Positions 1 through 12,758 of a stretch of DNA of 64,000 bases are shown here, one piece after another. How positions within the stretch are numbered: the first letter of the stretch is position 1; each line of letters begins with the position of its first letter. The notes below the pieces were generated by a model that saw only the letters and a list, made by a program, of their open reading frames with translations, had not been told where the DNA came from and searched no databases. Origin of the DNA: Octopus sinensis. Its lineage: Eukaryota. Both the position numbers and the translations under genes were made by a program. The stretch lies in contig NC_043019.1 in NCBI RefSeq assembly GCF_006345805.1, positions 22,505,360 to 22,569,359 of the forward strand, in the 5' to 3' direction.

Positions 1-335
1 AATTTGAACCCAGAATATAAAGACCCCGCAGAAGAAAGACTGTCAAGCATTTTGTCCAAAACACTAACAATTCTGGTAGCTCACTGCCTTAATTACTTCC
101 AATTTTGGAACTCTCTCTCTCTCTCTCTCTGTTACTCTTTTACTTGTTTCAGTCATTTGACTGTGGCCATGCTGGAGCACCACCTTTAGTTGAACAAACT
201 GACCCCAGGACTTATTCTTTGTAAGCCTAGTACTTATTCTATCAGTCTATTTTGCCGAACTGCTAAGTTACGGGGATGTAAACACACCAGCATCAGTTGT
301 CAAGCGATGTTGAGGAGACAGACACAGACACACAA

Positions 336-398
<63 letters not shown>

Positions 399-1247
399 TA
401 TACATATATACAACGGGCTTCTTTCAGTTTCCGTCTACCAAATCCACTCACAAGGCTTTGGTCAGCCCGAGGCTATAGTAGAAGACACTTGCCCAAGGTA
501 CCACGCAGTGGGACTGAACCCGGAACCATGTGGTTCGTAAGCAAGCTAATTACCACACAGCCACTCCTATGCCTTTTTACGAGGTGGGGAAGATGATTGT
601 TATATTAACTCCAGTATTTGGGCTGCTACTTTATTTTATCAACTCTGAAAGGATGAAAAGCAATTTTGGTCTTAGCAGGATTTGAACTCAGGAAATAAAA
701 AGCCAGAAGAAATGCTGTTAAGTACTTTGTCTGATGTGCTAAAGATTCTTCAGGCTCACAAACTCTAATAAAAATAATAATAATAATCCTATCTTCTAAA
801 TGCACAAGGTCTGAAATTTTGCGGGAAGGGACTAGTCAATTACATTTATCCCCAATGTATAACTGGTACTTATTTCATCGACCCCTAAACGGATGAAAGG
901 CAAAGTCGACCTCGGTGGAATTTGAACTCAGAACGTAACAACAAATGAAATGCCACTGTGCATTTTGTCTGGCATGTTAACGATTCTGCCAGCTCATCAC
1001 CTTAATCATCATCATCATTTAACGTCCGCTTTCCATGCTAGCATGGGTTGGACGGTTCAACTGGGGTCTGGGGAGCCTGAAAGCTGCGCCAGTCCAGTCA
1101 GATCTGGCAGTGTTTCTACAGCTGGATGCCCTTCCTAACGCCAACCACTCCGAGAGTGTAGTGGGTGATTTTATGTGCCACCGACACAGGTGCCAGACGA
1201 GGCTGACAAACGGCCACGCTCGGATGGTGTTTTTTATGTGCCACCGA

Positions 1248-1303
<56 letters not shown>

Positions 1304-2327
1304 CCTTTCTGCTTTAGGCACAAGGCCTGAAATTTATTGGGAAGGGGATAATCAATTACATCAACCGGTACTTATTTTATCAACCCCGAAGGGATGAAAG
1401 CAAAGTCGATCTCGGTGGAATTTGAACTGAGAATGTAAAGACGGACGAAATACCAAATAATAATAATGACAACAATTCTTGCAGTAGTAGTGGTAATGGT
1501 GGTGATAGTAGTAGTAGTAGTAGTAGTAGTAGTAGCACTAGCAGTAGCAGTAGTAGTAGTAGTAGTAGTAGTAGTAGTTAATCATAAAATAAAAAAAGAG
1601 AAAACATTCCAGGAACAAGGGCAACAAGCTTATTGATGAATTAACAAAAAGGTTAAAATTAAAACATGACATTAAAAATGGAATATTCTGGAAAGTTATG
1701 AAAAACATTTATGAAAAAAAAATAAAAAGAGAAAATAGTAATAATAATAATAATAATAATGATAATAATAATAAATAAATAAATAAAGTATGAGTGAAAG
1801 AGAAATATTAATTTCCCAAAAGAGGAAGAAATAAATTCACACACACGTATATAACAAGAAAAAATATTAAAAAATAACAAAAGGATTCATTTAAATAACT
1901 TAATTAACAGAAATAATAATCACTAAAATATAACAATAACAGAAACAAAATAAAAAATATAAAAAATATTTTTTTTTACTACAGGATTATAGTGATTTTT
2001 TTTTTTTAATTATTATATTTAACCCTGTACTTGACTAGTACTTTATTCTATCAGTCCCAGAAGGGCAAAAGCAAAATTGACTTTGATGGGATTTGAATCC
2101 AGAATGTAAATTACTGCAAGGCTGTTACAATTCTGCCTGAAATTTAGGTGGGTAGGGGCTTGTTGATTAAATAAGTACCAGTATTTGACTGATACTTATT
2201 TTAATCAATCCCAAAAGGATAGATGTTGAAGTCGATTCCAGTGGCATTTGAACTCAGAATGTAAAGCTGGAAGAAATGCCCCTAAGCATTTTGTCCAGTG
2301 AGCTAACATTTCAGCCATCTCACCCCC

Positions 2328-2407
<80 letters not shown>

Positions 2408-3138
2408 AATCCTTTCTACTATAGGCAACAGGCCAGAAATTTGGGGGCGGGGATTAGTCAATTACATCGACCCCAGTGCTCAACTGGTACTTATTTCATC
2501 AACCCTGAAAGATGAAAGGCAGAGTCAACCTTGGTGGAATTTGAACTCGGAAATGATCCATTGCTTTGGATGCCAAACAATGGCTATGCTATACTCGAGC
2601 TGGTCATCTGGACACAATGTATGATCAACTCAACCCCAGCACATTGGCTTGATTGGCCACATCCAGATGTACCATGACCCATCTTCTTTCCCCATGTGAC
2701 ATCCTGGTCATCATCAATAATGACAAATGAACATCATCATCATCATCATCGTCGTTTAACATCCGCTTTCCATGCTAGCATGGGTTGGACGATTTGACTG
2801 AGGTCTGGCGAACCAGATGGCTGCACCAGACTCCAATCTGATCTGGCAGAGTTTCTACAGCTGGATGCCCTTCCTAACGCCAACCACTCCGAGAGTGTAG
2901 TGGGTGCTTTTACGGGCCACCGGCACGAGGGCCAGTCAGGTGGTACTGGCAACGGCCACGCTCAAATGGTGCTTTTTATGTGCCACCTGCACTGGTATCG
3001 ACTTCACTCTATTATTATTATTATGCTATATGTATACACATAAGTTTGTTTGTGTGTATAAGAAAGAATGTTTAGATGAGATATATATAGATATAGATAT
3101 ATAGATAGATAGATAGATAGATAGAACACAATACATAC

Positions 3139-3300
3139 CTGTGAGTTCTTGGGTTTTCACACCACCAACTTCCCCACGTGCAATATCAGCAGTATCCAAC
3201 TGGTAGGTGTCTTGCAGTCGCAAAAGAGCGGCTGCTGCCCCATTAAGATCTTCATAGTCAGGAAGATGTTGTCTCTTGATTTCTATCGTGGAAACTAATT
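3139..3300 (-). CDS. P4HA: P4HA third coding exon (gene continues beyond the window start)
   Basis: Acceptor tttttgccttccctatag| and donor CAG|GTATGT; 162 bp, phase 1 to phase 1. Reads (E)LVSTIEIKRQHLPDYEDLNGAAAALLRLQDTYQLDTADIARGEVGGVKTQELT with the hallmark P..ED..GAA.AL.RLQDTY.L motif. Confidence 0.94.
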
Positions 3301-3799
3301 CTATAGGGAAGGCAAAAAAAAAAAAGGAAAAATAATAAATAATTACAAATTAATTTTCAAACAAAATTAAAATCAACAACAAAATTTCAATAATGATAAA
3401 TTTGAAGCGAAAAACAACAAAAGGCATTCGTATATTTTTCCTGAATTTTTTATTTTCTAGAGAGGGATTATAGGTGCAGGCGTGGCTGTGTGGTTAAGAT
3501 GTTGAATTTGCAACTACAAGGTTTCAGGTTTATTTTACATGAATTTCGACTAACAAACTTTGTGTATGCATTGGCTATTTTTGCATTTTTTTAAATCATT
3601 CTAATATTAGCCAATGCAACAAAACCCTGTCCAGATATCTGTTTCTTATTTTTAATTTAAGAAAAAATATGTGAATATTAGAAAAACACAACATGAAATT
3701 CTTATTTTAATTCAATTATTAACAATGAAAAATAATTCAAATATTTTTTAACAAAAGAATATTTATTAGTTTTATTGTATTGCCTGGAAAAGAAAGTGG

Positions 3800-5159
3800 A
3801 TTACAATGAAGAATGCAGGTGCATGCATGTTAATATTCTTAAGTTATTACACCTGGAAAAGTACAGAACACGACTTCTACAGTAGAATTTGCCTTATTTG
3901 TCACCTTTAAAAGAAACTATAAAGTACTTAAAATATTGGAGCTGAGAATAACATTTTTGAAATTAAAATACATTATATTAGGTAAATCTGAGATAATTTA
4001 TTTCATTTATTGTGAGAATGTAAAAATCAAGTCAATCTTTAAAAGCATGGTACAAAAATAAATTTAAACAAAAATATTTTTAAAATCACGTCTTTTGAAA
4101 TATACAATTAAAATAGTAATTTTATTTAGTTATATAGGTGCAGGAGTGGCTGTGTGGTAAATAGCTTGCTTACCAACCACATGGTTCAGGGTTCAGTCCC
4201 ACTGCATGGCACCTTGGGCAAGTGTCTTCTACTATATCCTCTGGCCAACCAAAGTCTTGTGAGTGGATTTGGTAGACAGAAACTGAAAGAAGCCTGTCGT
4301 ATATATGTATATATATGTGTGTGCGTGTGTGTGTGTATATATATGTTTGTGCGTCTGTGTTTGTCCACCCAACATCACTTGACAACCGATGCTGGTGTGT
4401 TTACGTCCCCGTAACTTAGCGGTTCGACAAAAAGAGACAAACAGAATAAGTACCAGGCTTACAAAGAATAAGTCCTGGGGTCGATTTGCTCAACTAAAGG
4501 CGGCGCTCCAGCATGGCCGCAGTCAAATGACTGAAACAAGTAAAAGAGTAAAAGCGAGAGATATCAAATACAAACAATAAAGCATGAAGCTGTAAATAAT
4601 ATTGCATAGCGTAAAATATATTAGTTAGCATTAAAACAGTAGAATTAGCTTAATTCATCTTTGGCTAATTCATTACTTCATCTAGCTCATCACTTTCAGT
4701 TTTCTCCTAGGGCTGACTAATTAGGCAAATTCTACTGTATTTTTAAAAAATTAATTCTATTTTATTTCATTTTTAAAATATTGCTTTTTCCAAAAATAAG
4801 CCCATGGGTTTAAATACAGACTTAAATAATTTTGCTTAAATAATTTTTTTCTGAAAATAATAAAAATTACTGGGGCTATACATGAAAAGAGTTGCTGAAT
4901 GTAAGCCCATAGGCTTAAAATCGGATGGGCTTATTTTTGGAAAAACCCAGTTATGCTTTTATAATTTTTGTTTTAACGAAATAAAATAAATTTTTAAATA
5001 TTGTTCTCGGCTGCAATATTTTAAGTACATAGAATTTTAATTTAAGTACTTTTTAGTTTCCTTTACAGGTGACAAATTAGGCAAATTCTACTGTAGAAAT
5101 CGTGTTCTGTACATTTCCAGGCGTAATAACATGCTTGCACCCACATTTTTCATTGTAAT
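3800..5159. mobile_element. Non-autonomous DNA transposon with about 165 bp TIRs, interrupted by a SINE
   Basis: 3800-3965 is the imperfect reverse complement of about 4988-5159 (for example TACAGTAGAATTTGCC/GGCAAATTCTACTGTA). Confidence 0.75.
4137..4552 (+). mobile_element. tRNA-derived SINE with internal TA/CA microsatellite (most abundant family; representative copy)
   Basis: A-box-like TGGCTGTGTGG, B-box-like GGTTCAGTCCC, CORE-like CCTTGGGCAAGT, tail GACTGAAACAAGTAAAAGA. Other copies at about 130-570(-), 7944-8334(+), 10931-11327(+), 12482-12965(-), 15027-15426(+), 17582-18016(-), 38906-39183(+), 53297-53700(+), 55490-56037(+), 61863-62284(-). Confidence 0.9.
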
Positions 5160-5326
5160 ATCTATAATGTTATATACATGCCTATGTATATAAATATCAA
5201 CAGATAGGAATAGAGAGAAAGATAGAGAAGTGAATGGTGTGTGAATTTTAGTCATGGTGAGTGAAACTGAAGAAAAAGAGGTTTGTGGAAACATGGAAAG
5301 ATAGAAGTGGACAGTGTGTGTGAGTA

Positions 5327-5370
<44 letters not shown>

Positions 5371-5999
5371 TGAGAGACAAAGACAGAGAGAGCTGGAGGG
5401 TGGAAAAAGGCATGAGAGATGGTAGAGGAGGAAGGAATGAAAATAAAGAGTAATATATAAAAAAAGGATGGGTTTGTGTATGTATGTGCATATGTATATG
5501 TGTGTGTTTGTGTTTGTGTGACATGGATTCCTTAAATACTTGAAAAACAGCAGGGACATAACAAATTAATATTGTTGGATATATACACACACAATACTGG
5601 GTAGACACATACAAATTACAGGATATATATACAAACACAGAATTTCTGGGTACATACAAATACACACAGTTACTGGGTAGATATAAACGCACTCAATTAC
5701 TAGGTTTATATAAATAATTACTAGGTATACATTAGCACACAAGATAAGGTATATACAAACACATAGTTATTGGATTTATATGTAAATACACAATGTTGTG
5801 CATATACAAATACACATAATACCTGGTATATATAAATATACAAACAATGTGTAAATAAGAATATATATTGTCCATTGCTTTCAGCAGATCTTTCACAAAG
5901 TAGGCTGTTCTCTGGCCTGTTCTCTGCAATATCTCATTATTTCATGTTGCGTCCTATGGTTATAACTTGGCCAAGGTATACATGACTTCCACCTCATTG

Positions 6000-6400
6000 G
6001 TTTTGCCTCCAACCACAACTTGACCGGGAGAGCATTCGACTCAGTGAAGGATGTGCTGAAAGTGAACCCTGACAACACCACTTATGCAAACCTCTTCAAC
6101 AGCATGGTTCTACCTGCAGTGCTCTATGAAAGTGAAATATGGGCAACAATAAAGAGGGAAGAACAGTGATTAATAAACAGCACGAAGAGCCATGGAAAGG
6201 TCAATGTTGGGAATCTTGAGAGGTCACATCTGAAACAAACAGACCAGGGAAAGAACCAGAGTGAACATTTGAACAAACTCAGACAGGCCAGACATGTTGT
6301 ATGATGCACCGACAATTGGTGGACGTGTGCAGTTAACAGGTAGTACCCATGTGAGCAGAAATGACCACTCAGACATCCAAGCAATTGGATAAGAAAAACA
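6000..6400 (+). mobile_element. Degenerate RTE-clade LINE fragment
   Basis: Translates ANLFNSMVLPAVLYESEIWAT (RTE LF...VLP.LLYGSETW motif) with nearby stops and frameshifts; boundaries approximate. Confidence 0.65.
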
Positions 6401-8096
6401 ATTGGCATGTTTGGAGTGGCAGAAAATATGGAGAAATTGTCAATAAAAATGTGAAACTTTGGAGCACTGACTTGATTGGAAGCAAACAAATCTTTGGGAA
6501 GGTGAACATCAGATGTGGTATATTCTAAGCTGATAGTTTATCTCCATTACTATTTGCATTGACCACAGAGCAATATTACAAAATGTCAAAATAGATTCTG
6601 TCGTGTCTGGGGAGAGTCATTTTTTTTGTGTGCCTTATAATGTAACACACTCACCGGTAAAATTTCCACTTACTTCTTATTTTTATTTTCCTAAAATTTT
6701 CATTGCTTCTTACAACCTTTTCAATGGCAAGATGCAATGAAAATTTTAGGAAAATAAAAATAAGAAATAAGAGGAAATCTTACCGGTGAGTGTGTTTTAT
6801 TATAAGGCACAAAAAGAAAATGACTCTCCCCAGACACAACAGAATATGCTTCAACATACGAACTCATATAAAGAATCTTGCAAACCAAATCCAAAAATCA
6901 AAATAGATTATGATTTGGGAAAAATGTATGGTCAGATGAATCTGGATGATTTAAAGCTTTATGTGAAAAATGAGAAGTAGCTGGAAAGCCTTGTGCATAG
7001 TGTTTGTATTTTCTCAAATGAAGTAGGAATGCAATGGATTGATGATATAAAGAGAATAATGGGAGCACAACAGAGAAAGAATATGAGATCAAAAACAGAA
7101 TGGATGAAATGCTGTGGCCAGTGGATTGAAAGCAACATCTGACAGTCTGGCCGGTCAAGGTGATTGTCCATCAATATCTTTGATGAACTGAACTACTGAT
7201 TCATTGAATTATAGGGCAAATAAGTAGCCGAGTATTCCAGAGACAAAGTACACTCAATGGATTACCCAGGCAAAAATCAGTTATTTTACATGGGGTGTAA
7301 TAAAGCTGGACTCGTGAATTACATGTATCGTTCATCCATTGCACTCTTAACATGGTTTCTGTTGACCCAGCTTCACTCACAAGTGTTGACCAGGGCTATG
7401 CTTGCCCAAGATGCCACAAGACAGGATAGAACTTGGAGTATCTTGATTGCAAAGTAAATACTTTAACCACTTGACCATGGTTTAAGCACACGCGCACACA
7501 TTCACTAGAACATATACACACTTATAATGCATACACAGACATACACACACACTCTCTCTCTCCCTCTCTCTCTCATATATAATGGATATGTACACATATA
7601 TATTCAATCACTACATATAACGTATATCTTTTATCTTTTACTTGTTTCAGTCATTAGACTGTGGCCATGCTAAGGCACCACCTTAAAGAATTTTTAGTCA
7701 AATGAATCAATCCCACTAATTATTTTTTTAAAGCCTGTTACTTACTCTATTGGTCTCTTAAGGGGATGTAAACACACCAACACTGGTTGTTAAATGGTGG
7801 CAGGAGACAAACACAGACACAAACACACACACATATGTAAATATATATGACAAGTTTCTTTCAATTTCCATCTATCATTCATAAGCCTTTAGCTGGCCTG
7901 AGGCTATAGAAACTGAAAGAAACTTGTCATATACATTTACGTTTGGTAAGTAGCTTGCTAACCAACCACATGGTTCCGGGTTCAGTCCCACTGCGTGGCA
8001 TCTTGGGCAAGTGTCTTCTGCTATAGCCCCAGGCCGACCAATGCCTTGTGAGTGGATTTGGTAGACGGAAACTGAAAGAAGTCTGTCGTATATATG

Positions 8097-8127
<31 letters not shown>

Positions 8128-8516
8128 TTGTGTGTCTGTGTTTGTCCCCCTAGCATCGCTTGACAACCGATGCTGGTGTGTTTACGTCCCCGTCACTTAG
8201 CGGTTCGGCAAAAAGAGACCGATAGAATAAGTATTGGACTTACAAAAGAATAAGTCCTGGGGTCGATTTGCTCGACTAAAGGCGGTGCTCCAGCATGGCC
8301 GCAGTCAAATGACTGAAACAAGTAAAAGAGTAAAAGAGAGTATATATGTGTGTGTGTGTGCCATGTGGGTGGGAAGCAAACTTCTTACTACATGGCACTC
8401 TATCACACAAACACATTTGTACACATAATGTAATCACACAGGCAGTCAATGCAAACAAACACAGAATTGACACAATGCGTGCACACACACACTGAGGTTC
8501 ATACGATGTATAAAAC

Positions 8517-8550
<34 letters not shown>

Positions 8551-8968
8551 AATAAGAATAGAGAAGAGATATGAATGAAGAGAGAAAAGTGAAGAGAAAA
8601 TGAAAGAGAAAAAGAAGAGCAAGGTTACGAAAAAGTGAAGGAGAGAAATTTGAGACAAATAATGAGACAACTTGATAGCTAGACAGACAGTCAGACAGAC
8701 AGACAGACAGACAAACAACCAGACAGACAGTAAGATATTTTATAATGTTAGGTGTATGCACATGGCCTCATAGTTAGGATACTTGACTTTTGGATGTAAG
8801 ATCATGAGTTCAATTCCTGGCAGACCATCGTGTCCTTGAGCAAGACTCTTTAGTTCACATTACTCTGGGCCCACTCAGCTGGCAAAAATTAGTTGTACCT
8901 GCTGTATTTCAAAGGGCCAGCCTCGTCACATTCTGTGTTATGCTGAATCTCCCTGAGAATTATGTTAA

Positions 8969-9189
8969 CCCTTTAGCATTTAAACCGGCCATATCCGGCC
9001 AAAAGTATTCTGCCTGTTTTATGTTCAAACTGGCCAGATCTGATCTCTCACACCAACCCTACAATATCATTTTAAAAATTAACAGCTACCTCATCAAAAT
9101 CTCATAGCTACAAGATAATGCATGATTAGTTCAAAACAATGTGGATGAAGAAGCATTAATTGTGGCAGAATAATGCAAACACTAAAGGG
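8969..9189. mobile_element. piggyBac-type MITE
   Basis: TTAA|CCCTTTAG...CTAAAGGG|TTAA, inserted inside a SINE. Confidence 0.85.
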
Positions 9190-9416
9190 TTAAGGTCTGT
9201 GGAGTACTCAGCCACTTGCATGTCAATTTTACAAGCAGGCTGTTCTGTTAATCGGATCAACTGAAACACTTGTCACTGAAAGTGGTGAAGTGCCAGGTAA
9301 AATGTTGTTATTGACATCAAAGGAAAAGAAACTGTCATGGATTTAGTAACAGACAGGAACAAAGAGAAAAGAAACAAATAAAAAGAGTGGATCAGAAAGA
9401 GGAGGGTTCCACTTAC

Positions 9417-9568
9417 CATTTGTGATGTTGTCCTTTAAAAACTGGAATTCTTTGTCCCAGTCCACGGTGAATCGTTTGACTAGGAGAAATGCATTGACCG
9501 GATTTCCAACAAAGTGATCTGGATTTTCCAGAGCAAAAGTACTGTGCCTGTCATAATCCTCAGCAAGG
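9417..9568 (-). CDS. P4HA: P4HA second coding exon
   Basis: Acceptor ttttacag|C and donor AATG|GTAAGT; 152 bp. The phase 2 junction gives AG+C=Ser, then LAEDYDRHSTFALENPDHFVGNPVNAFLLVKRFTVDWDKEFQFLKDNITN, containing the P4HA motif G[HN]PVNAF.L.KR...DW. Confidence 0.94.
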
Positions 9569-9845
9569 CTGTAAAATATGCCAAACAGAAAAGAATTACC
9601 AAACAGAACCACCACACACACACACACACACACACACTTGTTCCTATTTACTACATTCATCTCGAACACACACATACACGCATGCATATATATATATATA
9701 ATTTAGAGAAAAAAAACCTCTATTAAACAATTCAATAATGAAAGATGTTATTCACACCATATAGAAAACATATACTATAAAAACCTTATTCTAAAAATTA
9801 ATAAAGTACAATAAATATGCATATGTGTGTATATATATATATATA

Positions 9846-10440
9846 TCATCATCATCATCATCATCATCATTTAACGTCCGCTTTCCATGCTAGCATGGGT
9901 TGGACGGTTCAACTGGGGTCTGTGAAGCCAGAAGGCTGCATCAGGCCCAGTCTGATCTGGCAGTGTTTCTACGGCTGGATGCCCTTCCTAACGCCAACCA
10001 CTCCGTGAGTGTAGTGGGTGCCTTTTACGTGCCACCCGCACAGGTGCCAGATGGAGCTGGCAAACGGCCACGAACGGATGGTGCTTTTTACGTGCCACTG
10101 GCACGGGGCCAGGCGAGGCTGGCAATGGACACGAATGGATGGTGCTTTTACGTGCCACCGGCACGGAGGCCAGTCGGGGCGGCGCTGGCAACGACTACGA
10201 TCGGATGGTTCGCTTAACCACAGCTGCAATTTCCATTGATGTTGATCGACTTCGATTTTGGTTCTGCTTTCTGATACCTGATTTGATTTGGTTTGATTTT
10301 GATTTTGATTTTGATTTGGATTTGATTTGATTTTCACTTGTCTCTATGGGTCTTCACAAGTGGAGTTTTGTGTCCCGATTTGATTTGGTTGATTTTGATT
10401 TTGATTTGATTTGATTTTCACTTATCTCAACGGGTCTTCA
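9846..10440 (-). mobile_element. (ATG)n-tailed retroposon with internal about 60 bp subrepeats
   Basis: GGCGTTAGGAAGGGCATCCAGC motif, three TTTTACGTGCCAC.GGCAC-like subrepeats (10023, 10086, 10146) and a (GATTT/GATTTT)n stretch. Shorter copies at about 1006-1246, 2733-2990, 13048-13265, 18554-18805, 60785-61045. Confidence 0.75.
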
Positions 10441-10484
10441 CATATATATAATCAAAATAAGCCACAAGAATAACTTCGGTAATT

Positions 10485-10568
10485 TGGTACGATCGTTTCG
10501 CACTACATCTTTTTATTAAATGTGGTAAGTATTACAACAGTTTTAAAATGCTGAGCACTCATCAGCCA
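10485..10568 (-). ncRNA. Type I hammerhead ribozyme motif (left arm, same sense as the P4HA pre-mRNA)
   Basis: Minus strand TGG-CTGATGA-GTGCT...AGTGC-GAAA-C GATC G-TA|CCA; inverted copy of 10607-10698 with a 3 bp stem I. Confidence 0.7.
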
Positions 10569-10606
10569 TTTGATATGAAAATTATGTATTAATGGAAAAC
10601 CTCTAT

Positions 10607-10698
10607 TAATGGCTGATGAGTGTTCAGCATTTTAAAACTGTTGTAATACTTACAACATTTAATAAAATGATGTAGTGCGAAACGATCGTACCAAATTA
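10607..10698 (+). ncRNA. Type I hammerhead ribozyme motif (right arm of an inverted pair)
   Basis: TAATGG-CTGATGA(10613-19)-59 nt stem II (CATTTTA/TAAAATG, TGTTGTAA/TTACAACA)-GAAA(10679-82)-C GATC G-TA|CCA(AA)TTA. Palindromic GATC loop, GUA triplet; stem I is short or bulged. Confidence 0.75.
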
Positions 10699-11088
10699 CC
10701 GAAGTTATTCTTGTTGCTTATTTTGACTATAATCACCCATGGAATTATAGGGATAACACCATACAAAATTCTGGTGCATCTAACTTAAGTACCATACTCA
10801 TTTGAATCTAAATTTTGCTGAACTTATATATATATACACATATACATAAATATATATAAGTATATGCACAGATATATACATAGTGACCGGTAAATTCCAC
10901 CATGGACTCAGAGTATAAAGACAGATGAAAGGAGTGGCTGTGTGGTAAGTAGCTTGCTTACCAACCACATGGTTGTGGGTTCAGTCCCACTGTGTGGCAC
11001 CTTGGGTAAGTGTATTTTACTATAGCCTCGGGGCGACCAAAGCCTTGTGAGTGGATTTGGTAGACAAAAACTGGAAGAAGCATGTTGT

Positions 11089-11882
11089 ATATATATATAT
11101 ATATATATGTATGTATATGTTTGTGTATCTGTGTTTGTCCCCTCAACATTGCTTGACAACTGATGCTGGTGTGTTTATGTCCCTGTCACTTAGCGGTTTG
11201 GCAAGCGAGACTGATAGAGTAAGTACTAGGCTTACAAAGAATAGTCCTGAGGTCAATTTGCTCCACTAAAGGCGGTGCTCCAGCATGGCCTCAGTCAAAT
11301 GACTGAAACAAATAAAAGAATAAAAGAATTCTGTCTGCAGTGCTAATAATTCTGCCATTAAATTTATTAAATTCTTCATTATTGTTCATAATAAACTGAG
11401 ACAGCAGTTGGATACTTCAATAGACGTGTTACCACAAGTAGCTTGAAGAAAATAAAAAGCCAAATACATTTCTAACAATTATTTTTATAGCCTACTGTGA
11501 AACAATTCTGTCCATAACCTCAAAATTTTATAGAGATTATAAAATTTAAGTAAACATGTGTCAATAACATAAAATTTTTTAACAGCCAGTCATCAAAGAA
11601 AGCTAATAATCTATTCTTGCTGCTAAAAAGATGACAAAGGGAAAGGTTGGTTTCGTTATTCTTTTATATGTTTCAGTCATTTTATTGCAGCCATGCTGGA
11701 GCACCAAAAGGGTTTGAGTCAAAGAAATCAACCCCAGGACTTATTCTTTGTAAGCCTAGCACTTATTCTATCAGTCTCTTTTGCTAAGTTAAGGGGACAT
11801 AAACACATCAGCATCGATTGCCAAGTGATGGCAGGGGGACAAACAGACACACACACACATAAATACATACATACACACACAC

Positions 11883-11913
<31 letters not shown>

Positions 11914-12706
11914 ATATATATATATATATATGTATGTATATGTTTGTGTATCTGTGTTTGTCCCCTCAACATTGCTTGACAACTGATGCTGGTGTGTTTA
12001 TGTCCCTGTCACTTAGCGGTTTGGCAAGCGAGACTGATAGAGTAAGTACTAGGCTTACAAAGAATAGTCCTGAGGTCAATTTGCTCCACTAAAGGCGGTG
12101 CTCCAGCATGGCCTCAGTCAAATGACTGAAACAAATAAAAGAATAAAAGAATTCTGTCTGCAGTGCTAATAATTCTGCCATTAAATTTATTAAATTCTTC
12201 ATTATTGTTCATAATAAACTGAGACAGCAGTTGGATACTTCAATAGACGTGTTACCACAAGTAGCTTGAAGAAAATAAAAAGCCAAATACATTTCTAACA
12301 ATTATTTTTATAGCCTACTGTGAAACAATTCTGTCCATAACCTCAAAAATTTTATAGAGATTATAAAATTTAAGTAAACATGTGTCAATAACATAAAATT
12401 TTTTAACAGCCAGTCATCAAAGAAAGCTAATAATCTATTCTTGCTGCTAAAAAGATGACAAAGGGAAAGGTTGGTTTCGTTATTCTTTTATATGTTTCAG
12501 TCATTTTATTGCAGCCATGCTGGAGCACCAAAAGGGTTTGAGTCAAAGAAATCAACCCCAGGACTTATTCTTTGTAAGCCTAGCACTTATTCTATCAGTC
12601 TCTTTTGCTAAGTTAAGGGGACATAAACACATCAGCATCGATTGCCAAGTGATGGCAGGGGGACAAACAGACACACACACACATAAATACATACATACAC
12701 ACACAC

Positions 12707-12736
<30 letters not shown>
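11089..12736. repeat. 824 bp direct tandem duplication
   Basis: Sequence at 11105 recurs at 11929, and the identical ORF starts at 11693 and 12517 differ by 824. No mismatches seen; breakpoints lie in (TA)n tracts. Confidence 0.95.

Positions 12737-12758
<22 letters not shown>

Larger units (their letters stand above)
10447..10825 (+). mobile_element. Hammerhead-bearing Penelope-like/retrozyme terminal-repeat remnant (inverted copy + direct copy + tail)
   Basis: About 124 bp inverted arms (10447-10570 and 10608-10731), each with a hammerhead core, then about 95 bp of unique tail; flanked by (TA)n on both sides. Confidence 0.7.

Noticed and set aside
4137-4215. tRNA genes
   Set aside because: The A/B-box heads belong to tRNA-derived SINEs and do not form complete cloverleaves.
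9343-9687. 114 aa ORF as a complete gene
   Set aside because: Only 9417-9568 is exonic; the flanks are intron read-through beyond clear splice sites.
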